Under the pieces are notes generated by a model. That model made no database searches. It saw only the letters and a list, made by a program, of their open reading frames with translations, and was not told the origin of the DNA. Shown here in pieces: positions 49,990 to 58,500 of a DNA stretch of 64,000 nucleotides. Every line of letters starts with the position of its first letter. The first letter of the stretch is position 1. Position numbers and translations under genes: made by a program. Source of the DNA: Deltaproteobacteria bacterium (GTDB lineage Bacteria > Myxococcota > Kuafuiibacteriia > Kuafuiibacteriales > Kuafuiibacteriaceae). The DNA is taken from the NCBI GenBank assembly GCA_040218735.1, contig JAVJQW010000008.1, positions 447,147 through 511,146 on the forward strand. Reading direction: 5' to 3'.

Positions 49990-50541
49990 TCAGATGTCGA
50001 TCCACGAGATGCCGTCGCACCCCGGTGGGTCGACCTCGTCGAACGGCTCGCAGACACGACGCACGCAGTCGAGGCCCGCCGCGCAGACGTCCGTCTCGTC
50101 GACTTCGCGCCCCCCGCACTCCTCGCCGAGCGCCGCCGTGCCGTGCCAGGCGAAGCAGTTGGGGTAGGCTTCGTTGCAGCGCCTCGCCGGGTCCTCCGCG
50201 AGCGCGACGAAGGCGTCGTAACAACTCTGGTCCCAGGACAGCGAGAGGAGCTGCGCCTCGAAGCCCGCCGAGCCGAGGAACCGTCCGATCTCACTTCGGC
50301 ACTCAGCCTCGTCGGCCACCGGGACGCTGCACCCGCACGCGAAGACCCGCTCGCAGTGCAGTCGAGCGAAGCGCTCGTTCGGGGTCTCGGCCACCTCGGG
50401 GCCGGCGTCGCGTGGGGGCGCCGTGGTCCCGGCGTCGCGGCGGAGGACCACGCCGCCGCCGTCCGGTGATGCGCCGAGGTCGCGTTCGGAGCCGCACGCG
50501 AACGAGAGGGCCAGCGGGAGGAAGAGCAGCCGCCTTTTCAT
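49990..50541 (-). CDS. Small Cys-rich lipoprotein
   Basis: Lipobox LALSFAC; DAG linker; CERVFACGC and GEEC...CAAGLDC...C modules. Confidence 0.75.
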   Translation of the reverse strand: MKRRLLFLPLALSFACGSERDLGASPDGGGVVLRRDAGTTAPPRDAGPEVAETPNERFARLHCERVFACGCSVPVADEAECRSEIGRFLGSAGFEAQLLSLSWDQSCYDAFVALAEDPARRCNEAYPNCFAWHGTAALGEECGGREVDETDVCAAGLDCVRRVCEPFDEVDPPGCDGISWIDI

Positions 50542-51161
50542 TCCGTGAGCCCCGTGCGCACCGCGTAGTGGACGAGCCCCGGCACGCTGTCGAGGCCGAG
50601 CTTCGACTTGATGCGCTGGATGTACGTGCTCACCGTGCTGGGGCTGAGGTGGAGGCTCGACGCGACGCAGGACGGACGTCGCCCGTTACCGAGCATGACG
50701 AGGATGTCGTGTTCGCGGTTGCTCAGGCTCTCGTGCGGATCACGGTCGGCGCGGTCGAGGTCCTCGACGAGCAGCTCCGCGAGCCGTGGTGAGACGAAGC
50801 GCCCGCCCCGGAGCACGGTGTCGATCGCTTCGAGCAGAACGGTGGCCGGCTGGTCCTTCGTGAGGTAGCCGTCGGCACCCGCGCGGAGCATGCGCACCGC
50901 GCCGCGATCCTCGGGCCGGCCGGCGAGTACGAGGGCGCGGACGTGGCGGCGGCGGAGGTCGGTGAGGAGCTGAAGGACGCTGCCGTCCGCGTGGCTGCGC
51001 TCCACGATGACGAGGTCGGCGGTGGTGACCTCGGCGAGCGTGACGCCGTCCTTCGGGGGATCGACGACGTGGAGATCGGGGCGGGCGCGGGCGAGGAGGC
51101 TGGCGATCCCCTCGCGCACCATGCGGTGGGGATCCAACAGGAGGATGCGTTTCGGTCTCAC
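50538..51161 (-). CDS. NarL/GacA-type response regulator with atypical receiver
   Basis: GADGYLTK; LSNREHDIL...LHLSPSTVSTY..RIKSKLG HTH. The phosphoacceptor position reads DLVIVE. Confidence 0.88.
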   Translation of the reverse strand: MRPKRILLLDPHRMVREGIASLLARARPDLHVVDPPKDGVTLAEVTTADLVIVERSHADGSVLQLLTDLRRRHVRALVLAGRPEDRGAVRMLRAGADGYLTKDQPATVLLEAIDTVLRGGRFVSPRLAELLVEDLDRADRDPHESLSNREHDILVMLGNGRRPSCVASSLHLSPSTVSTYIQRIKSKLGLDSVPGLVHYAVRTGLTE

Positions 51162-51224
51162 TCCAGGTCCCTACGAAGAACCTCGACGGATCCCATCAAA
51201 GAAAATTGCGGTACGCTGGATGCG

Positions 51225-51773
51225 GTGGAGATCACCGAGCTCCTGATTGCGGCTCGCGACGGTGACGAGGGCGCGTTCGACGCGCTCATGCCGCTGGTCT
51301 ACGCCCAACTCAAGGCGCTCGCGCACAGGGTGCGCGGACCGGTCGGGGCCGACCGCCTGCACACGACCGAGCTCGTCCACGAGGCGTACCTCAAGCTCGC
51401 TCCATCGAGCGCCATCGCGTGGGAGGGACGTGCGCACTTCTTCGCCGTCGCCGCGCGCGCGATGCGCCAGGTGATCGTCGACGATGCGCGCCGGCGTCTC
51501 AGCGGAAAACGTGGGAGCGGGGAGCGACCGGTGACGTTCGACGGGGACCTGGTCGGTGTCCAGCCCACCGCCGAGGATGTCGTCAACCTCGACCGGGTCC
51601 TCGGCCGCCTCGAGGCGCTGGACGCACGCCAGGCCCGCGTCGTGGAGTGCCGTGTCTTCGCGGGGCTCACCGGCGCCGAGACCGCGCAGGCGCTGGGGGT
51701 CTCCGTCCCGACGATCGAGCGTGACTGGCGGATGGCCCGTGCGTTCCTGACGCGTGAGCTGAGGTCGGCGTGA
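51225..51773 (+). CDS. ECF sigma factor, kinase-associated type
   Basis: ITELL, LVHEAYLKL, RAHFFAVAARAMRQVIVD, VECRVFAGLT, RDWRMARAFL. Confidence 0.9.
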   Translation: MEITELLIAARDGDEGAFDALMPLVYAQLKALAHRVRGPVGADRLHTTELVHEAYLKLAPSSAIAWEGRAHFFAVAARAMRQVIVDDARRRLSGKRGSGERPVTFDGDLVGVQPTAEDVVNLDRVLGRLEALDARQARVVECRVFAGLTGAETAQALGVSVPTIERDWRMARAFLTRELRSA

Positions 51774-54265
51774 CCCCTGAACGCTACCGCGCAGCGCGTG
51801 ACCTGTTCGGTCGTGCGCTCGAACACCCGACCGACGAACGCATCGCATTCGTCCGGTGCGCTGCCGTCGACGACGACGTCCGGGACGAGGTGCTCTCGCT
51901 CTTGGACGCCGACCGCGAGCCCAGCGCGCTGCTCGCCGCCCCGCTCGCGCTCGCTGACCGCGAGCCCCAACTCGGTCGACGGATTGGGCCCTACCGCCTC
52001 CTGGATCGGATCGGCGAAGGGGGGATGGGGATCGTGTTTCGTGCCGTCCGCGAGGACGTCGACTCGCGCGTGGCGATCAAGTTCGCGCGGAGCGTCGTCG
52101 CGTTGGAGCCCGAGCGCTTCCTCCGCGAGCAGCGCGTGCTCGCCGCGTTGGAGCACCCGAACATCGCGCGGCTGCTCGACGCGGGCGTCACCGACGACGG
52201 GACGCCGTACCTCGTCATGGAGCTGGTCGACGGCGAGACGATCACCGACGACGCGGCGGCGGGCTCGATCGATCACATCGTGGCGTTGTTCGAACAGGTC
52301 TGCGCCGCCGTCTCCTTTGCGCATCGCAACCTGATCGTGCACCGCGATCTCAAGCCGTCGAACATCCTCGTGGTCCGCACCGAGGAGGGGCCACGCGTGA
52401 AGCTGCTCGACTTCGGGATCGCGAAGATCCTCGAGCAGGACGACGCGGGCCGCACGCAGACGTCCCATGTCATGACGCCAGCGTACGCAGCGCCCGAGCA
52501 GCTGCGTGGCGAAGTGATCACCACGGCCACCGACGTCTACGCGCTCGGCGTCGTGCTCTACGAGCTCCTCACCGGTGTGCACCCGTACGCCCAGGACCGA
52601 CCGAGCACACCGCAGCTCGTTCGGCGGGTCCTCGAAGGCGCGGTGGAGCGGCCTTCGCGCGTGCGCTCCGTCCCCCGCGACCTGGAGGCGATCGTGCTCG
52701 CGGCGCTCAGCCCCGACGCGACGGCGCGGTATGCCACGGCGGCCGAGCTCGGTGCGGACCTACGTCGTTACGCACGCGGGCTGCCGGTTGAAGCGCGCGC
52801 GCCGACGCTCACGTATCGGCTGGGCAAGTTCCTCCGGAAGAACCTCCTCGTCGTGCTCGCGGTGAGCCTGATCTTCGTGACGCTCGGCGTCGGGTTCGGG
52901 ACCGCGACCTGGCAAGCGCGGATCGCCCGCGCCGAACGAAACCGCGCCGAGGCGGAGCTCAAGAAGGCGACGGCGACGGTCGACTTCCTCGTGGAGGTGT
53001 TCACGGGCCCAGCGGCCGAGCAGCGGCGCCTCGACCGGGTCACCGCGGAGGAGCTCGCGCTGCGGGGGATCGATCGTCTCGCTCGCCTCGACGACGAGCC
53101 GGTCGTGCAGGCCCACATGCTCCACGTGCTGTCGCAGGTCATGGACCTCGCGGATCGCGGCGAACGCGTCGAGTTGATGGAGCGCGCCGTCGCGTTGCGC
53201 GAGGAGGCGCTCGGACCGAATCACCCCGACACCGCGGCGTCGCGGCGACTGCTGGGCGCGACGTTGATCTACGCGGCGGAGTACGATCGGGCCGGGGCGA
53301 TCCTCGAACGACAGTACGCGCTGGATGCGGCGTCGCAGGCACCCCGCGCCACGCTCTCGGAGGGCGCGCGAGGCCTCGCGAACCTGGAGACGGAACGCGG
53401 CAACTGGATTCGCGCCGAGTCGTGGACGAAGCGTGTGGACGAGACGTGCCTCAGGGCGCACGCCGTGGCCTGGGTGCGGCACTACCGTGGCTTCTCTCGA
53501 GAGGGCCTCCAGGTCATGCGCGACACGTGCCCCGAGGCCGCGTCGCGCTACAACGTCGAAGCCCGCGCGTTGCACGCGCTCGGTGAGCACGCCGAGGCCG
53601 AGCACCTCTACCGACGCGCGATCGAGGAGCTCACCGCGTACCGGGTGATGAGCTCCGGCGGCGTCAACATGATCGTGTCGAACCTCGCGTCGCTCCTGGT
53701 GGACGCAGGGCGCGACGCGGAGGCCGTCGAAGTGCTCACGCGCGCGTCGCAGCAGATCGAGGGCGGCGAAGACGAGGAGGCGGCCCGCGCGCGGATGCGC
53801 AGAAACCTCGCCGCGGTCCGGCGTCGGACGGATCCCGACCGGGCGTGGGAGGTCTTCCTCGACGTTCTGGCGCAGCGCGAAGGTGTCCACTTCCCCGGCC
53901 ACCCCGAGATCGTCCGGAGCCTTCAGGACCTCGGCAGCGTCGCGCGTCAACGTGGGGACGAAGCTCAGGGGCACCGGTACCTCCTCGCGGCGCTCGCCGC
54001 CTCCTGGCGCAGACCGCTGCATCCGACCAATGCGTGGACCCACCTCGAGCTCGCTTACGCGGAGGCGGCGCGAGGGTTGGAGGCGTCGGCGACGCTGCAT
54101 CTGCTGGAGGCCGACGCGCTCACCCGCGGCGTGTTGACGCCGACCCATCCGCTGCGGCGTGCGATCGACGAAGCATTGCAGGGGGGAGTCGGCGAAGACA
54201 GCCCCGGACACGTCCTCGCGCGCGACCGGCTGCTGTTCTCGATCGAGGGCTGGGGCAACCTGTAG
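51770..54265 (+). CDS. Membrane Ser/Thr kinase with extracytoplasmic TPR repeats
   Basis: IGEGGMGIV, VAIK, HRDLKPSN, DFG, APE; TM helix; LGPNHPDT-type TPR repeats. Confidence 0.93.
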   Translation: MTPERYRAARDLFGRALEHPTDERIAFVRCAAVDDDVRDEVLSLLDADREPSALLAAPLALADREPQLGRRIGPYRLLDRIGEGGMGIVFRAVREDVDSRVAIKFARSVVALEPERFLREQRVLAALEHPNIARLLDAGVTDDGTPYLVMELVDGETITDDAAAGSIDHIVALFEQVCAAVSFAHRNLIVHRDLKPSNILVVRTEEGPRVKLLDFGIAKILEQDDAGRTQTSHVMTPAYAAPEQLRGEVITTATDVYALGVVLYELLTGVHPYAQDRPSTPQLVRRVLEGAVERPSRVRSVPRDLEAIVLAALSPDATARYATAAELGADLRRYARGLPVEARAPTLTYRLGKFLRKNLLVVLAVSLIFVTLGVGFGTATWQARIARAERNRAEAELKKATATVDFLVEVFTGPAAEQRRLDRVTAEELALRGIDRLARLDDEPVVQAHMLHVLSQVMDLADRGERVELMERAVALREEALGPNHPDTAASRRLLGATLIYAAEYDRAGAILERQYALDAASQAPRATLSEGARGLANLETERGNWIRAESWTKRVDETCLRAHAVAWVRHYRGFSREGLQVMRDTCPEAASRYNVEARALHALGEHAEAEHLYRRAIEELTAYRVMSSGGVNMIVSNLASLLVDAGRDAEAVEVLTRASQQIEGGEDEEAARARMRRNLAAVRRRTDPDRAWEVFLDVLAQREGVHFPGHPEIVRSLQDLGSVARQRGDEAQGHRYLLAALAASWRRPLHPTNAWTHLELAYAEAARGLEASATLHLLEADALTRGVLTPTHPLRRAIDEALQGGVGEDSPGHVLARDRLLFSIEGWGNL

Positions 54266-54268
54266 CGA

Positions 54269-55432
54269 TCACGGTCCGCAGGGATTGCCGACCGGGCGGC
54301 ACATGGCCTGGATGCACGCGTAGCCCGATTCGCAGCGCGCAAAGGTCAGATCCGTGCGCGGCGTACACGCCTCGTTCGGGCGCGCGAGACGACAGGTCCC
54401 CTGGTCGCAGATTCCCTCCGCGCACGGGAGCGTCGCGGTGCACACCTCCCCGACGACGGGGAGAGGCCGACACACGCCGTCGCAGACGTGGTTGACCGGG
54501 CACGCCCCGTCGCTCGTGCACGCGCCGTTGGAGCTCGCGGCGGTGACGCAGACGTCGTCGGCGCATCGGAGCCCCTGCGCGCAACGCGTGGAGAAGCCAC
54601 ACGCCTCGCCGAGCCCGGCGCCGAACCCGCAGCCGCCCGTGGTGCAGAGGTACGGGTCCGCACACGTGCGCCCGGTGCCGCTGGGTGTGCACGCCGCCCC
54701 CGCGGTGCCCGGCGTGCGGCAGACGCCGTTCACACAGCCGCTGGAGTCGGCGCAGTCGTCGACGGTGATGCCGTTGCAGGCGCCGCCGAGCGGGACGACG
54801 GGTGTGCACGTCAGCTCGGGCGCCTTGCAGCGGCGGCTCGCACATTCGTCGTGCACGACACACGCCTCGCCGTCGGAAGCGAGGTCCGCGCAGACACCTT
54901 CACACTGCTGGGGGGTGGCGCGTAGGCAGCGGCCGCCCGCGCACTCCCGCGCGTCTCGGCACGCGGCGCCGTTGGGGAGGGTACCGACGAAGAGGCCGGG
55001 GCACAGGCCGGTGGAGGACAACAAACACGCGGTGCCGTCGAGGTTGTCGGCGCAGCGTTGGAAGGCGCCCTCGTCGGCGCGGATCGCGGCGAGGCCCGAC
55101 GTGGGATCGCTGCAGTACCGCGCGCGTTGGGCGGGGTGGCATGCGCCCTCGAGGGTCGTGCCGAGGAGCGGGACCTTGGACCCGCATCGAAGCGCATAGC
55201 GGCACGTCGCTTCCAGGTACGCGAGACACGCGGGGGAGGGGGCCGAGCCGGCATCGCGCGCCGTGACGCTCCCGGCGTCCCGGTTGGGTTGGTCCGAGCC
55301 GCCGTCGCGCGGCGCGGTACCGGCGGGGCCGCCGTCGTACACGGGGCCACCGGACGGGCCGGGGTCGATCGTACGGTCCCCGGTACAGGCGGCGAGGGGG
55401 AGGAGGAGCAAGGCGAGGTGCGGACGCGACAT
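54269..55432 (-). CDS. Highly Cys-rich repeat lipoprotein
   Basis: Lipobox LPLAAC; many G(A/E)xC...C..G..C..G.C modules. Confidence 0.8.
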   Translation of the reverse strand: MSRPHLALLLLPLAACTGDRTIDPGPSGGPVYDGGPAGTAPRDGGSDQPNRDAGSVTARDAGSAPSPACLAYLEATCRYALRCGSKVPLLGTTLEGACHPAQRARYCSDPTSGLAAIRADEGAFQRCADNLDGTACLLSSTGLCPGLFVGTLPNGAACRDARECAGGRCLRATPQQCEGVCADLASDGEACVVHDECASRRCKAPELTCTPVVPLGGACNGITVDDCADSSGCVNGVCRTPGTAGAACTPSGTGRTCADPYLCTTGGCGFGAGLGEACGFSTRCAQGLRCADDVCVTAASSNGACTSDGACPVNHVCDGVCRPLPVVGEVCTATLPCAEGICDQGTCRLARPNEACTPRTDLTFARCESGYACIQAMCRPVGNPCGP

Positions 55433-55511
55433 GTTCGTCAGCGTGGCACCTCGCCCGGGGTGGGTCTGTCGCCCGAGTCGTGGTCCTCGTGTCGAAGTTC
55501 TTCGACGCGGA

Positions 55512-58500
55512 TCAACGTCGCGCGACGGACACGTAGTCGAGGCGCAGGAGGATGTCGTCGACGGCGTCGAGGTCCAGGCCGTCGCCGCCGTTGCGACTCA
55601 TCAGCTCCGCGGGGAGGAACAGCGCGTAGTCGCCGTACACCCCGCGACCGGCGAGCTCCGCCGTCGCGCCCTGAGCGTAGGCCTCGGCTTCCAGCGCGCT
55701 GCGCCCGACGTTCGTGTACGCCTGCACGCGTGCGATCGATTCGCCGTCACCGCCGCTCGTCGTCGCCTGGGACTCCCCGCCGACGATCGGATCCTTGAAC
55801 AGGTTCTTCGACGGATACACTGAAGCGACCTGCATCGGGTCGGGGTGATCGTCGGTGCACCACTGGCTGTAGAACGTGTTGCGCTTGAGGAGGTTGAGCC
55901 GAGTGAACGAGCCGCCGCCGCGGAGTGCGTCCTCGCCGAGGATCGACGCGTTCACCGACCACAGCCGTTCGGCGCAGTCCTGCGTGGCGAAGATCGGGAT
56001 CCCGCTCGCGTCGCCGAGGCCGAGCGCGGACAGCGGTCCGATCGTGAACGGGATGCGCTGACCGAGGTAGGTGCCGTCGTCGTCGCGGTGCGCGAAGCGT
56101 TCGTCGGCGAGCAGGAGCCGGAACCGCTGCGTCGCGGACAGGTTCAGCTCGCCGTCGGGGGCTCCGCTCCGGTCTTCGAGTTGGAGGAGGTGATCGCGGA
56201 GGCTCAGCACCACGAGCAGCTCGCGCGGCGCGTTGCCTTCGATGCGCCGGGTCGCCGCCGTGCTCGCGAGCTCGTCGAGGACGGCGCTGAGCTGGTCGGG
56301 CCGCTGGGCGGCGATGACGTCCGCGCGCAGGGCGAGGCTCGACTGGTACTCGTACTCGACCGCGCGCACGGCGAGGTAGGTCGCGCGCCTGGCGATCCGC
56401 ATCGTGCTTTCCAGGGTGTCGAGGCGCTCGTCGATCCATCGTTCGCCGGCGAGCGGGCGAATCATCGAGCCGACCTCGCGGGACACCGCGGCGCGACCTT
56501 CGCGGATGAGGCGCTCGACGGTCGCTTCGAGGTCGCGCTTCTCCAGCGACGAACGCGCGGCGTCCTGGAGCGCCTTCTGGATGCGGAGCGTCGCGGTGCG
56601 GGCGCCGACGAGGTGCATCTCGGCGTCGATGAAACACCGGTCCTCCGCGGTCCGCGCGTCGAGGGCACCCAGCGCGCGCTCGTGGTTGCGCGTCGCTTCG
56701 TCCATCGCGAACTGCATGCCGATAGAGATCGCGTTGGCCCCGGTCTCGACGGCGGCGGACGCGGCGGACGCACCAAACGAGAACACGGCGTTGAACGGCG
56801 ACGCGGCCGACTTCACCCCCTTCGCGACGTTCGCCGCCTGGTCGGCGCCGAGCTTCACGGCCGCCAGCGTTTGCATGGTCGAGGTGTGGAGGCGGATGGC
56901 TTCGGCGCGCTCGGCGTTGCCGGCCTTCAGGCGCATGCAGCTGCGCATCGCGATGTCGTAGCGGTCACCGAGGTCGGCGAGCTCGGCGCGTGCGATCTCG
57001 ACCTGCGATGCGGCGCTCCTCAGCTCCAACGCCACGCCGCCGATCGCGCCGCGGTAGCAGCTCGGGTCCGCGAGGGGGCTCGCGGGGAGGTCGTCGCGCG
57101 AGGGGAGACGGGTGCGTGCGTCGGGGTACCGCGCCGCGCAGGTCGCGCGTGCGTCGTGGTAGACGTCCGGATCCGTCTCGGCGCTCGGGGGCACGGAGAG
57201 CCGGAGCCCGCGCAGCACCTGGAGCGGATACACGCCGCCCGCCCACTCGAACGCGTCGTCGACGATGCGGACGTCGAGGTTGAGCTGCTCGGCGGCGAGG
57301 GCGAGGTGGGCGTCGAGGCCGCTCCCGTAGGACGCCGCGAGCCCGAAGCGTTTCACGAGCTGTCCCGCGTAGCAGAGCTGGTACTTCACGTCGGCTTCGT
57401 CGACGTTGGTCGCGTCGAGCTCGACCTCCTCGTACGCACACTCGGGCCGCGTCGTGTCGGACCAGCACGACGCTCCGTACACGTCGTCTTCGTCCAACAC
57501 CGACAAGGCGTCGACGCCGCGCCCCATGTCGCCGCACAGCTCGAGGATCCGTTCGCCGTATCCGCGCCGGGTCTCGTTCAGGCGTGCGCGGTGTTGAGCC
57601 GCGTCGCTGGCGACGCGGAGCGCGCGGTCGCGTTGGTCCGTCCAGGCGGCGCGTGCGTCGCCGAGCGCGGCGGTCGCGCGGTTGACCGCACGCGGCGCCC
57701 AGCCGGCGTCGGTCCGGCCGTCCCCGATCAGGTAGTCGGAGATCGCGGAGAAGCGCGCGGAGGCGGCATCGGGATCGCCGAGGAAGTACAGCGGCAGATC
57801 CTCGTCGGCGATCCCGAGCGGGTTGGTGCCGGCCATCGCGCGGTGGACGAGGCGGACGAGCTCGGCCTCGGTCGTGTCGAGCTCGGCGAGGGCGCGCTCC
57901 CAGTCGGCGAGCCAGCTCGGGTTCTCCGGGCGCGCGCGCTCCGTCCAGGCACGCGCGAGCGGACGCACGGCGGCGGCGTACGCCAGGGCGTGTGCGACGT
58001 CGTCCAGTCCTGGGTCGAGGTCCTGGGTGAAATAGGCGTCTTCGAGGCGCGCTCGGGCGAGCGCGAGCTGCGCGCGGAGGGTCTCGAGCATCAGGACCGG
58101 CAGGCCGACGCGCTGGGTGTGGAAGGGTTGGTCGAGCACGATGACGCCCGGGAGTCGGGCGCGGTAGTCCGGCGCCGCGAGCACGTCCGCGGGCAGCGCC
58201 GACAACGACGCGACGAAGCGTGGATGCAACAGGAGCGCCCACCCCTCGAGAGACAGGTCGAGGATCTCGCCAACGGGTCTCTCGCGGGGGACGACGATGC
58301 TGTCACCGAGCGCGCGACGCAGCTTCATGCGTTCGTGGGTCTCGGACGCGATGAACTGATGGACCTCCAGCCACTGGAACGCGAGTCGATGGTGGAGTGC
58401 CCAACCGGCGACGGAGGTGTAGCCGGTGTCGTGGCTCCTTGCGCCGGCGGCGAGCGCGCGGACGTGTCGTGCGGCGTCGATGCAGCCCTCGCTGCGGAGG

